Below, one piece after another: positions 34,913 to 45,589 of a DNA stretch of 55,963 nt (its first letter is position 1; every line of letters begins with the position of its first letter). The translations under genes and the position numbers were made by a program. The notes below the pieces were generated by a model. That model had not been told where the DNA came from, did not search any database, and saw only the letters and a list, made by a program, of their open reading frames with translations. The stretch is taken from the NCBI GenBank assembly GCA_036258075.1, contig DATAEI010000143.1:1-55963 (forward strand), read 5' to 3'. Source of the stretch: Gaiellales bacterium (GTDB lineage Bacteria > Actinomycetota > Thermoleophilia > Gaiellales > JAICJC01).

Positions 34913-35788
34913 TTGGCCGGCCAGCAGGACATCCGGCGGCGAATCCGGTTCGCCCAGAACGTCGAGAAGATCACCAAGGCCATGGAGCTCGTGGCGGCCT
35001 CGCGCCTTCGCCGGGCGCAGGCCCGGATCGAGGCGCTGCGCCCGTACGCCGACCGCATGCAGGCCCTGACGGTCGAGGTTGCCGCGGCGACCTCGCGGGC
35101 CCACGACCAGCCGCTCCTGGCCCGCCGCGACATCTCGACGGTCGCCGTGGTCGCGCTCTCGGCCGACCGCGGCCTGGCGGGCGGCTTCAACGCCAACGTC
35201 GTGCGTCGCAGCCTCGAGGTGGCGGCGCGCGAGCGCGGTGAGGGCCACCAGGTCATCTGGCTCACCGTCGGCCGGCGGGGGACGTCGACGCTGCGCTTCC
35301 GCGGGCAGGAGATCGAGGCGGACTACACGGGCATGACCGACCGGCCCGCCTACGCCGACGCGCAGGCGATCGCCCAGCGCGTGGCCGACCTGTACGCCGA
35401 GGAGCGGGTCGACCGCGTCGTCATGGTCTACAACCGCTTCGTCTCGGCGCTCGCCCAGAAGCTGGAGGAGGTCGAGCTCCTGCCGGTGCCCGAGAGCCTG
35501 CTCACGGGCGAGGAGCCCGAGACCATCGAGGGGTCGTACCTCGAGGAGCCCGACGCGAGCACGATCCTCGCGCATCTCCTCCCGACCTATCTCGAGGTGA
35601 CGGTCTACCGCGCGCTCCTCGAATCGACGGCGTCGGAGCACGGGGCGCGCATGACCGCGATGCGAAACGCGTCCGAGAACGCGGGCGACCTGATCGACTC
35701 CTACACGCTCCAGATGAACCGCGCCCGCCAGGCCGAGATCACCCAGGAGATCCTCGAGGTGGTCGCCGGAGCCGACGCGCTCGAGTGA
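34913..35788 (+). CDS. atpG: F0F1 ATP synthase subunit gamma
   Basis: IRRRIRFAQNVEKITKAMELVAASRLRRAQ and C-terminal NRARQAEITQEILEVVAGADAL. TTG start. Confidence 0.95.
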   Translation: MAGQQDIRRRIRFAQNVEKITKAMELVAASRLRRAQARIEALRPYADRMQALTVEVAAATSRAHDQPLLARRDISTVAVVALSADRGLAGGFNANVVRRSLEVAARERGEGHQVIWLTVGRRGTSTLRFRGQEIEADYTGMTDRPAYADAQAIAQRVADLYAEERVDRVVMVYNRFVSALAQKLEEVELLPVPESLLTGEEPETIEGSYLEEPDASTILAHLLPTYLEVTVYRALLESTASEHGARMTAMRNASENAGDLIDSYTLQMNRARQAEITQEILEVVAGADALE

Positions 35789-35820
35789 CGCGGACACAGG
35801 AGAACGACCGGGGACGGGGT

Positions 35821-36384
35821 ATGATGGGCGCCATGCAGGCCCTCGAACGGCTCTGGGACCGGCCCGCTGTGCGCTGGCCGTTTGTCCTCCTGGCAGCCTT
35901 CGTCCTGTTCGCCGGCATCCGCACGGCATACGACCAGAACCGCTCGACGGCGACCCACGGGCCCGTCGTGAAGGGCGGCCGGCCGCTCGGCATCGCTGCG
36001 TACGGCCCGAAGATCGCACTGCCGCAGAAGGCGGTCGACGCGGGCAAGGCCTTTATCCACACCGCCGTCCTGCGCAAGAACCTCGACCGCGGCTGGCAGG
36101 TCAGCACGGCCAAGGTGCACGCCGGCCTCAGCCATTCGCAGTGGATGACCGGGACGATCCCCGTATCCCCGTTCCCGGCGAACGCCTACGGCGAGACCAG
36201 CTACAAGGTCGAGTGGTCGCGGGCGAAGAACGTGACGCTGCTCGTGCAGATCGTCTCCGACAAGCCCGACGTGAAATCGGGGTATTTCTTCATTCAGATG
36301 GTGCCGCGGGGGAACCGCTGGCTGGTCGACTACTTCGGCCCGCGCGGCACGAACCCGCCGATCCCCGCCTCGGAGGTGCACTAG
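35821..36384 (+). CDS. hypothetical membrane-anchored protein
   Basis: One N-terminal TM segment (WPFVLLAAFVLFAGI) followed by about 150 aa. No family recognised. An alternative GTG at 35785 overlaps the atpG stop. Confidence 0.5.
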   Translation: MMGAMQALERLWDRPAVRWPFVLLAAFVLFAGIRTAYDQNRSTATHGPVVKGGRPLGIAAYGPKIALPQKAVDAGKAFIHTAVLRKNLDRGWQVSTAKVHAGLSHSQWMTGTIPVSPFPANAYGETSYKVEWSRAKNVTLLVQIVSDKPDVKSGYFFIQMVPRGNRWLVDYFGPRGTNPPIPASEVH

Positions 36385-36386
36385 CC

Positions 36387-37415
36387 ATGGCGACGACTGA
36401 TCCCACCACCGTCCTCCCCGGCGGCGGCCCAGCCCTCGCCGGCAGCGCCGGTGACGTCCAGGGCTCGACGGTCGAGGCCCGCGGCTACTGGGAGAACGCC
36501 TTCCGGCGCCTGCGCAAGGACAGGCTTGCCATCCTCAGCGCGGTCGTCATCGTCCTCTTCATCATCATCCCCTTCATCGGCGCACCGATCGCGGAGCGCT
36601 GGGCGGGGCACAGCCCGAACGACCTCATCTCGGGCGGGGTCGAAAACTTCGTCCCGGTGGGGCCCTTCTCGTCGGTGAGCGACGGCCAGGGCGGCAAGAC
36701 GTACCTCGTCCTCGGTGGATCCGACCTGGTGGGCCGGGACGAGTTCCTGCGCCTCCTCGCGGGCGCGCAGGTCTCGCTCGAGGTGGGCGTGCTGTCCACC
36801 ATCGTTGGGCTCGCGCTGGGACTTGTGCTCGGGCTCATGGCCGGGTTCTACGGCGGCATCATCGACACGATCGTGTCGCGCCTCACCGAGATCGTGATGG
36901 CGTTCCCGCTCCTGCTCTTCCTGATCGCGATCTCGGCGACGGTGGGCGAACGTCTCGACAAGATCACGCTTGGAGGCATCCTCAATCCGGGCGTGTTCAC
37001 GCTCACGATGGTGATCGGGCTCTTCACCTGGTTCTACCCGGCCCGGATCATCCGGGCGCAGGTGCTGTCGCTGCGCGAGAAGGAGTTCGTCGAGGCGGCC
37101 CGCATGGTCGGGTCGAGCAACTTCCGCATCATGCGCTCGCACCTCCTGCCGCATCTGGTGGGAACGATCATCGTGTACGGCACGCTCACGGTCGCGATCA
37201 ACATCCTGCTCGAGTCGACGCTGTCGTTCCTCGGCGTGGGCCTGCCGCCGCCGAATGCGAGCTGGGGGAACATGCTCGACGAGGCCACCGGCCTCTACAC
37301 GATCCAGCCGTGGCTGATCGTCTGGCCGGGGCTTGCGCTGCTCATCCTGACGCTCGCGTTCAACCTGCTCGGCGACGGCCTGCGCGACGCGCTCGATCCG
37401 CGGGCGACGCTCTAA
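36387..37415 (+). CDS. ABC transporter permease, DppC/OppC type
   Basis: N-terminal OppC_N-like region and the BPD_transp_1 EAA loop (EFVEAARMVGSSNFRIMRSHLLPH). Confidence 0.9.
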   Translation: MATTDPTTVLPGGGPALAGSAGDVQGSTVEARGYWENAFRRLRKDRLAILSAVVIVLFIIIPFIGAPIAERWAGHSPNDLISGGVENFVPVGPFSSVSDGQGGKTYLVLGGSDLVGRDEFLRLLAGAQVSLEVGVLSTIVGLALGLVLGLMAGFYGGIIDTIVSRLTEIVMAFPLLLFLIAISATVGERLDKITLGGILNPGVFTLTMVIGLFTWFYPARIIRAQVLSLREKEFVEAARMVGSSNFRIMRSHLLPHLVGTIIVYGTLTVAINILLESTLSFLGVGLPPPNASWGNMLDEATGLYTIQPWLIVWPGLALLILTLAFNLLGDGLRDALDPRATL

Positions 37416-37519
37416 CCGATCTCTAACTTTTCCGCGCAACCCCGCGTCATAGGCGGGGAGTGCTCAAGGGGCATCGGGGCGGACGCGTCCCTGCCCGAAT
37501 CCGACTCGGGAGGAACCGG

Positions 37520-39220
37520 ATGAGGAGACGACCTGGACTGTGGCTCACGCTGGTGGCGCTTGCCGCCGGCGTCGTGCTGCTGGGGGCTGCCGGCTGCGGC
37601 GGCAACAACAACAACGGCGGCGCGGCCAGTGGAGGCAACACCTCCGCGATCCCGCCCCACCAAAAGGGCGGGACGATCAAGGTCGCCCTCTCGGGCAACA
37701 TCGACTACCTCGACCCGGCGCTGGCCTATTACCAGTCCACATGGCAGATCGAGTACTCGACGTGCCTCAAGCTGACGAACTACCCGGACCTCCCGGGAGA
37801 CGCCGGCCGCGTGATCAAGCCGGAGGCCGCCTCGGCGCTTCCGACAATCTCGCCTGACGGACTGACCTACACGTACACGGTGCCCGCCGGCAAGTACAAG
37901 TTCAACACCGGCGAGCCGGTGACGGCCGCGACGTTCCAGCACGCGCTGGAGCGCGACCTGAACCCGAAGCAGGCGTCGTACTTCGGCGCCGTGTTCCTGG
38001 CCCCGTTCATCAAGGGCGCCTCGGACTACAAGGGCAAGCCGGGCGAGCATGTCTCGGGCATCACCGTGAACGGCGACCAGCTGGTCATCCAGCTGACGCA
38101 GAAGGACGGCTCGTTCGTCCAGAAGCTGTCGACCCCGTTCGCGTGCGCGATCCCGAACGACACGCCCGTCGACCCGAAGGGCGTTCACACGATCGCCGGC
38201 GCCGGTCCGTACTACATCTCGGACTTCACGCCGAACCGCTCGATCGTGCTGAAGAAGAACCCGAACTACACGGGTGACCGGCCGGCCTACGTCGACGAGA
38301 TCGACTACACGCAGCTCACGATCGACTCGAACCAGGGCACCCTGGAGGCCAAGAACGGCCAGCTCGACTACATCAACGACGCGGTCGTCCCGGCCCAGAA
38401 CGCGCAGCTGAACGCGCAGTACGGGCCCAACGGCACCGCGGGCGGCCCGCAGCGGTTCTTCATCACCCCCGCCGCGGTCGTCTCGTACCTGGCGCTCAAC
38501 ACCGCCCGTCCGGCCTTCAAGGACGAGCTGGTGCGCCAGGCGGTCAACTGGGCCATCAACCGCAAGGAGATCCTGCAGCCGTCCGGGTACGGCGCCGGCG
38601 TTCCCGCCGACAAGTACCTGCCGCCGCAGATCTCCGGCAGCTCGGAGGAGCAGAGCATCTACCCGCTCGACTCCGCCGATCTCACCAAGGCGAAGGCCCT
38701 GATGCAGCAGGCGGGCGTCTCCAGCGTCGACGCCGTGCTGTACACGTGCAACCAGCCGCCGTGCCCCGACCGGGCGGCGGTGATCCAGAACGAGCTGAAG
38801 CAGATCGGGATCAACGTCCAGATCAAGGAGTTCGATCGCGGCGTCCAGTTCACGAAGGAAGGCCAGAAGGGCGAGCCGTTCGACATCGCCGATGAAGGCT
38901 GGATCGCGGACTACTACGACGCGTACGACTTCATCAACATCCTGCTGAACGGGGAGACCATCCCCGACACGGGCGGGAACAACTTCAGCTACTTCAACGA
39001 TCCGACGTTCAACAAGCGGATGGATCAGGCGAACACGCTGACCGGCTCCGCGCGCGATCAGGCGTACGGCCAGCTTGCGACCGACCTCGCCAAGGGGCCG
39101 GCGCCGTGGGCATCCCGCTCGTTCGGCACGAACATCGACTTCTTCGGGCCGAAGGTCGGGTGCCAGGTGAACCAGGGCTCCTACGGGTTTGCCCTGAACA
39201 CCTTCTGCATTCGCTCATAG
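37520..39220 (+). CDS. ABC transporter substrate-binding lipoprotein, family 5 (peptide/nickel)
   Basis: Lipobox LGAAGC, a GGNNNNGG linker and SBP_bac_5-like sequence. GGGAGGAA RBS before the ATG at 37520. Confidence 0.9.
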   Translation: MRRRPGLWLTLVALAAGVVLLGAAGCGGNNNNGGAASGGNTSAIPPHQKGGTIKVALSGNIDYLDPALAYYQSTWQIEYSTCLKLTNYPDLPGDAGRVIKPEAASALPTISPDGLTYTYTVPAGKYKFNTGEPVTAATFQHALERDLNPKQASYFGAVFLAPFIKGASDYKGKPGEHVSGITVNGDQLVIQLTQKDGSFVQKLSTPFACAIPNDTPVDPKGVHTIAGAGPYYISDFTPNRSIVLKKNPNYTGDRPAYVDEIDYTQLTIDSNQGTLEAKNGQLDYINDAVVPAQNAQLNAQYGPNGTAGGPQRFFITPAAVVSYLALNTARPAFKDELVRQAVNWAINRKEILQPSGYGAGVPADKYLPPQISGSSEEQSIYPLDSADLTKAKALMQQAGVSSVDAVLYTCNQPPCPDRAAVIQNELKQIGINVQIKEFDRGVQFTKEGQKGEPFDIADEGWIADYYDAYDFINILLNGETIPDTGGNNFSYFNDPTFNKRMDQANTLTGSARDQAYGQLATDLAKGPAPWASRSFGTNIDFFGPKVGCQVNQGSYGFALNTFCIRS

Positions 39221-39229
39221 CGAGTAGGC

Positions 39230-39260
39230 GGGCTCGGGCCGTACAATGCGGCCCGAGCCC
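39230..39260 (+). other. perfect 12-bp stem-loop (loop 7 nt) downstream of the SBP gene
   Basis: gggctcgggccg-tacaatg-cggcccgagccc. No T-tract follows. Confidence 0.7.
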
Positions 39261-39275
39261 GGGAATTCGCGGGGA

Positions 39276-39305
39276 GGGGCTTCCCGGCACAGGCCGGGAA
39301 GCCCC
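39276..39305 (+). other. perfect 13-bp stem-loop (loop 4 nt) downstream of the SBP gene
   Basis: ggggcttcccggc-acag-gccgggaagcccc. No T-tract follows. Confidence 0.7.
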
Positions 39306-39334
39306 GAGCCGCACGAGACGCGGGAGGACGTGGA

Positions 39335-40306
39335 GTGATCAGGTACATCATCCGGCGCCTGTTGTGGGCCGTCGTGCTGTTCATCTCGGTGACGCTGGCC
39401 ACCTACCTGATCTTCTACATCATCCCCGTCGACCCGGCCCGCCTTGCGGCCGGGAAGGCCGCGTCGCCGCACGACGTGCAGGTCGTCGCGCACAGGCTCT
39501 ACCTCGACCGGCCGATCTACGAGCAGTACCTGCACTTCCTCGACCGGCTCGTCCTGCACCTCGACCTCGGCTACTCGTACGCCAACCGCCAGGACGTCGG
39601 GACGACCGTACTCAACGCCGCGCCGATCACCGCGTCGCTCGTGCTGGGCTCCGTGGTCGTGTGGATGCTGATCGCGGTTCCCGTCGGCGTGTACTCGGCG
39701 CTTCGGCCGCGGTCGGTCGGCGACCGGATCGCCATGACCGGCGTCCTCACGGGAATCTCCGTGCACCCGGTCTGGCTCGGCCTGATCGCCTCATACGTGC
39801 TCGGCTACAAGCTGAACCTCTTCCCGATTCAGGGCTACTGCGCCTTCAGCGGGGCCGCACCCGGCGAGACCTGCGGCGGCCCGGTCGACTGGTTCTACCA
39901 CCTGATCGTGCCGTGGACCGTCTTTGCGATCCTCTATGCCGCCTTCTACGTCAGGATGATCCGCTCGACGGTGCTCGACACCCTGAACGAGGACTATGTG
40001 CGTACCGCCCGGGCAAAGGGCGCGCCGGAGCGGCGGGTGCTCGTGCACCACGTGCTTCGAAACGCGATGCTGCCGGTGGTGACGATGCTGGGCATGGACG
40101 TGGCGCTGGCGCTCGGAGGCGCCGTGCTCCTCGAACAGGTCTTCGGCCTTCCCGGGCTGGGCTATGTGGCGCTCCACTCGCTCTTCCAGTTCGACTATCC
40201 GATCACGCTCGGGGTGGTGGTGTTCGCCTCCATGCTGGTGATCGTGTTCAACCTGATCGTCGACCTGCTCTATGCCTGGGTCGATCCCCGGATCCGGCTC
40301 GCATAG
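39335..40306 (+). CDS. ABC transporter permease, DppB/OppB type
   Basis: MIRYIIRRLLWAVVLF start and the EAA loop EDYVRTARAKGAPERRVLVHHVLRNA. Confidence 0.9.
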   Translation: MIRYIIRRLLWAVVLFISVTLATYLIFYIIPVDPARLAAGKAASPHDVQVVAHRLYLDRPIYEQYLHFLDRLVLHLDLGYSYANRQDVGTTVLNAAPITASLVLGSVVVWMLIAVPVGVYSALRPRSVGDRIAMTGVLTGISVHPVWLGLIASYVLGYKLNLFPIQGYCAFSGAAPGETCGGPVDWFYHLIVPWTVFAILYAAFYVRMIRSTVLDTLNEDYVRTARAKGAPERRVLVHHVLRNAMLPVVTMLGMDVALALGGAVLLEQVFGLPGLGYVALHSLFQFDYPITLGVVVFASMLVIVFNLIVDLLYAWVDPRIRLA

Positions 40307-40336
40307 CGCCGCCCCCGACCGTTAGACTTCTGTCGC

Positions 40337-41353
40337 ATGGCCCTGCTCGACGTCCGTGACCTGAAGACGTCCTTCAAGACCGACGACGGCATCGTCCAGG
40401 CGGTGGACGGTCTGTCGTTCTCGGTCGAGAAGGGCGAAACGCTCGCGATCGTCGGCGAGTCCGGCTGCGGGAAGAGCGTCACGTGCCTCTCGATCATGGG
40501 GCTCAACCCGCGCCAGAACACGATCACGGCCGGCGAGGCGATCTTCAAGGATCGCGACCTCTTGAAGCTCCCGCAGGACGAGATGCGAAAGGTGCGGGGC
40601 GCCGAGATCTCGATGATCTTCCAGGACCCGATGACCTCGCTGAACCCGGTTCACACGATCGGCCGGCAGCTGATCGAGGCGGTCCAGCTGCACGAGAACG
40701 TCCCCAAGCAGGCGGCCAGGCGGCGAGCTCTCGAGATGGTGAAGGCCGTCGGCATCCCGCGGCCCGACGCCCGCCTCGACGACTATCCGCATCAGTTCTC
40801 GGGCGGGATGCGCCAGCGGGTGATGATCGCGATGTCGCTCATCAACAACCCCGACCTGCTGATCGCCGACGAGCCGACGACCGCGCTCGACGTGACGACC
40901 CAGGCCCAGATCCTGAACCTCATGAACGAGCTGCAGCGCGACTTCGGAAGCGCGATCATCCTCATCACGCACGACCTCGGTGTCGTGGCGGAGACCGCCG
41001 ACAATGTGCTCGTGATGTACGCCGCCAAGGCGATCGAGCAGGGCGACTACCGCGACATCTTCTACGCGCCGCGCCACCCGTACACCTGGGGCCTTCTCAG
41101 CTCGCTGCCGCGCCTGGCGCAGGGCGCCGAGCTGAAGCCGATCCCCGGCTCGCCGCCGTCGCTGCTCCAGCCGCCGCCGGGGTGCCGGTTCCATCTGCGC
41201 TGCCCGCATGCGTTCGACCGGTGCCGCAGCGAGGTTCCGCCGCTCGTCCCGGCTCCGGACGACGCAGAGCATCTGGACGCCTGCCATCTCGACGAGCAGT
41301 CGAAGCAGCGCGGCGCCGAGGACATCGTCGGCCGGATGAAGGTGGGGGCCTGA
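40337..41353 (+). CDS. ABC transporter ATP-binding protein, DppD/OppD type
   Basis: Walker A GESGCGKS, signature FSGGMRQR, Walker [13 protein letters not shown] and the oligo_HPY C-terminal region. Confidence 0.93.
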   Translation: MALLDVRDLKTSFKTDDGIVQAVDGLSFSVEKGETLAIVGESGCGKSVTCLSIMGLNPRQNTITAGEAIFKDRDLLKLPQDEMRKVRGAEISMIFQDPMTSLNPVHTIGRQLIEAVQLHENVPKQAARRRALEMVKAVGIPRPDARLDDYPHQFSGGMRQRVMIAMSLINNPDLLIADEPTTALDVTTQAQILNLMNELQRDFGSAIILITHDLGVVAETADNVLVMYAAKAIEQGDYRDIFYAPRHPYTWGLLSSLPRLAQGAELKPIPGSPPSLLQPPPGCRFHLRCPHAFDRCRSEVPPLVPAPDDAEHLDACHLDEQSKQRGAEDIVGRMKVGA

Positions 41354-42390
41354 TGGCCGACGAGCTGCTTCGGGTCGAGAACCTGGAGAAGCACTTCCCG
41401 ATCACGCGCGGGGTCATCTTCCAGAAAGAGGTCGGGCGCGTCCGCGCCGTGGACGGTGTGTCGTTCTCGGTCGAGCGGGGAGCGACGCTCGGCGTCGTCG
41501 GCGAATCCGGCTGCGGAAAGTCGACGATGGCGCGCTGCATCATGCGCCTGCTCGACCCCACCGGCGGCAAGGTGATCTTCGACGGCAAGGACATCACGAC
41601 CATCAAGGGCGCCGAGCTCATGAAGGTGCGCCGTGAGCTGATGATGGTCTTCCAGGACCCCTACGCGTCGCTCAACGTCCGAAAGCGCGTGGGCTCGATC
41701 ATCGGCGAGGCGCTCGAGGTGCACAAGATCGGGACGCCCAAGGAGAACAAGGCGCGCGTGCAGGAGCTGCTCGACGTGGTCGGCCTGAACCCCGAGCACT
41801 ACAACCGCTTCCCGCACGAGTTCTCCGGCGGCCAGCGGCAGCGCATCGGCGTCGCCCGGGCGCTTGCGATCCGGCCCAAGCTGATCGTGTGCGACGAGCC
41901 CGTGTCGGCGCTCGACGTGTCGGTGCAGGCGCAGATCCTGAACCTCCTGAAGCAGCTTCAGCGCGAGTTCGACCTGACCTACGTGTTCATCGCCCACGAC
42001 CTCGACGTCGTGCGCCACATCTCCGACAACGTCGCGGTCATGTACCTCGGCAAGCTCGTCGAGACGGCGCCCGGCCCGGCGCTCTACGAGCATCCCCGGC
42101 ATCCGTACACTGGCGCCCTGCTCTCGGCCGTGCCGATTCCCAACCCCGACGTCGCCCGAGCCCGCCAGCCGATCGTGCTCGAGGGCGACGTGCCGAGCCC
42201 GATCAACCCGCCCAGCGGCTGCCGCTTCCACCCCCGCTGCCCGCGGTTCCAGCCGGGGCACTGCGACGTCGACGAGCCCCAGCTCGAGCCCAAGGACGGC
42301 GGCAACAAGGCCGCCTGCCACTATCCGCTCGAGACGTGGCCGATGTCGGATCTGCGCCTGCACGCCGGCAGCGTTCCCGCGGGCACATGA
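41353..42390 (+). CDS. ABC transporter ATP-binding protein, DppF/OppF type
   Basis: [29 protein letters not shown] and C-terminal [14 protein letters not shown] overlaps the previous stop. Confidence 0.93.
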   Translation: MADELLRVENLEKHFPITRGVIFQKEVGRVRAVDGVSFSVERGATLGVVGESGCGKSTMARCIMRLLDPTGGKVIFDGKDITTIKGAELMKVRRELMMVFQDPYASLNVRKRVGSIIGEALEVHKIGTPKENKARVQELLDVVGLNPEHYNRFPHEFSGGQRQRIGVARALAIRPKLIVCDEPVSALDVSVQAQILNLLKQLQREFDLTYVFIAHDLDVVRHISDNVAVMYLGKLVETAPGPALYEHPRHPYTGALLSAVPIPNPDVARARQPIVLEGDVPSPINPPSGCRFHPRCPRFQPGHCDVDEPQLEPKDGGNKAACHYPLETWPMSDLRLHAGSVPAGT

Positions 42391-42400
42391 CGCCGGCGCG

Positions 42401-42778
42401 ATGACGCGCGAGGTGCTCCTGGCGGGGCTGCGCCGCTTCGCGATCCTGGTCGCGGTGGCGGTCGCCGTCACCGCGGTCGTCTCGGGCCTCGTGGCGGTGC
42501 TCTCGGGCCAGCCGGTGCGCCGGTCGGTGACGGTCGGCCTCTACCTGGTCGGCTCGGTCTTCGTCATGCTCGGCTTCTTCGCCGGCAACCGCCCGCCCGT
42601 GCGCGCCGACGGCGAGCAGGCGGGCCTGTTCGGCGGCCTGATTCCCCGCGGCTCGGCCCGCTGGATGACCGCCTCGGAGCGCCGCGACCAGATCTCCACC
42701 TCGGCGCTCTTCCTGACGCTCGGTCTCACGATGCTCGGCGCCGGCGTCCTGGTCGACAGCCGCCACACAGTGGCATAG
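42401..42778 (+). CDS. hypothetical membrane protein (about 3 TM)
   Basis: Hydrophobic segments with high-GC3 codons. No family recognised. Confidence 0.5.
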   Translation: MTREVLLAGLRRFAILVAVAVAVTAVVSGLVAVLSGQPVRRSVTVGLYLVGSVFVMLGFFAGNRPPVRADGEQAGLFGGLIPRGSARWMTASERRDQISTSALFLTLGLTMLGAGVLVDSRHTVA

Positions 42779-42806
42779 CGGTCGCATTGCAGGACGGCGT
42801 TCGAGC

Positions 42807-42834
42807 GACGGCGAAGACCGCGTTCTTCGCCGTC
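42807..42834 (+). other. perfect 11-bp stem-loop (loop 6 nt)
   Basis: gacggcgaaga-ccgcgt-tcttcgccgtc, 29 nt after the stop of the membrane protein gene. Confidence 0.7.
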
Positions 42835-42869
42835 GCCCATCACGGATGCCACCCGTTAAGGAGGGGGTC

Positions 42870-42896
42870 CACGGGGGAACCCTGGGTTCCCCCGTG
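42870..42896 (+). other. 27-nt perfect palindrome
   Basis: cacgggggaaccc-t-gggttcccccgtg. Confidence 0.7.
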
Positions 42897-42941
42897 AGTG
42901 AAGCTAACCTTTTCCTGCATGCCTGCGTCCCACTTCGAACC

Positions 42942-43415
42942 ATGACGCTCTACCGCCACCGGGGGCGGGAGTGCGAGCGGGCGCGGGCGTTGGGCTCGCA
43001 GTCGCTCGACGGTCCCCTCTCCGACCTCGATCTGCGCCGCCTCGACGCCCATCTCGCGGAGTGCGCCGCGTGCGCCGAGGCCGTCGCCGGCATGACCGAG
43101 CTCACCGCCCGTCTGCGGACGGCGCCCGAGCTGGTCGCGTCGGTCGCGGCGGTTCCCGTGCGCCCCGCGCGCCGGCGGGGGAGCATGGCCTTCCAGGTGG
43201 CCGGGATCGCCGCCGTCGTCGCGATGTTCGCCGGCCTCGGCGCCCTGGTCGCGTCGCCCTCGGGCGGGTCGCCGCCACCGGAGCAGCAGCGGCTCGTCGT
43301 GGCCGAGCGCGCCGATCTGCGAACGACGCTCCTCGAAGCGCGTGTCACCCGCATGTGGAAGCTGCACGAGCCGGCCAACGAGCCGTCGCCGCACCAGCGG
43401 GCGCTGCTCTCGTAA
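42942..43415 (+). CDS. membrane-anchored anti-sigma factor, ZAS (zf-HC2) type
   Basis: The HxxxCxxC motif LDAHLAECAACAEAV lies near the N-terminus, followed by one TM segment (FQVAGIAAVVAMFAGLGALVA). The longer track ORF from 42846 spans the palindrome and has poorer GC3. Confidence 0.6.
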   Translation: MTLYRHRGRECERARALGSQSLDGPLSDLDLRRLDAHLAECAACAEAVAGMTELTARLRTAPELVASVAAVPVRPARRRGSMAFQVAGIAAVVAMFAGLGALVASPSGGSPPPEQQRLVVAERADLRTTLLEARVTRMWKLHEPANEPSPHQRALLS

Positions 43416-43593
43416 CGGATCCCCTCCGGCGGCTACCGTTCCGGTATGCCGATGATCTCCGCCGTCTCGTCGCGGGTCTGACACCTCGACCACGCCGCCC
43501 GGGTGGCGGCGGCGCTCGATCGCTCTCGGCGCGACGCCGAGCTGGGCTCCGCGCGGCCCCGAAGCCGCCGGAGGTGGCGGCTCAAGCGTGTAA

Positions 43594-45102
<1,509 letters not shown>

Positions 45103-45516
45103 ATGCCCGACCATCCCCCGTACCCGGTCGAGCTGATCACGCCCGAGGGCATCGCCTTCCGGGGCGACGCGGAGATGCTGGTCGTCCCCGGCGCCGCCGG
45201 CGAGCTCGGCATCCTCGCCAACCATGCGCCGCTCATCTCGCTTCTGAAGCCCGGCGAGACGCGCATCACCGACGAGCAGGGCGCCGTCAAGCGCTACGCG
45301 ACGGACGACGGCTACCTCCAGGTGCGCCAGAACCGGGCCGTGGTGCTCGTCGGCGAGGCCGTCGAGGCGGAGTCGATCGACTCCGGCGAGGCCACCCGGC
45401 GGCTCGACGAGGCCCGCTCGGCCCTCGAGCGGGCGGAGGGCGGCGACGGCGACGTCTACGCCGCCCGCCGCGAGGCGGCCTTCGCCGAGGCCCTGACGAA
45501 GGTCGCGCAGCGCTGA
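45103..45516 (+). CDS. atpC: F0F1 ATP synthase subunit epsilon
   Basis: 137 aa, ELITPEG..F.G.A..LVVPGAAGELGILANHAPLISLLKPGE. Abuts the atpD stop. Confidence 0.93.
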   Translation: MPDHPPYPVELITPEGIAFRGDAEMLVVPGAAGELGILANHAPLISLLKPGETRITDEQGAVKRYATDDGYLQVRQNRAVVLVGEAVEAESIDSGEATRRLDEARSALERAEGGDGDVYAARREAAFAEALTKVAQR

Positions 45517-45525
45517 TGGGTGATT

Positions 45526-45561
45526 CCACGCCCACGTGGGTTTCTGGGCACGTGGGCGTGG
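45526..45561 (+). terminator. perfect 13-bp stem-loop 10 nt after the atpC stop (candidate operon terminator, no T-tract)
   Basis: ccacgcccacgtg-ggtttctggg-cacgtgggcgtgg. Confidence 0.5.
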
Positions 45562-45589
45562 CATCGCTCATCTGACGAACGCTCGGGAC

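Noticed and set aside
37598-37618. AAC AAC AAC AAC repeat in the SBP gene. GCG/GCC runs such as 34885..34905 at the end of atpA are similar.
   Set aside because: These encode low-complexity linkers (GGNNNNGG after the lipobox, and an AAAAAA tail). They are too short to call as a tandem repeat or contingency locus.
42846-42941. A 32-codon N-terminal extension of the anti-sigma factor, starting at the ATG at 42846.
   Set aside because: The stretch has markedly poorer G/C-ending codon usage (about one third A/T-ending) than real genes here. It also runs straight through a 27-nt perfect palindrome. It is more likely untranslated, though the lack of an RBS at 42942 leaves some doubt.
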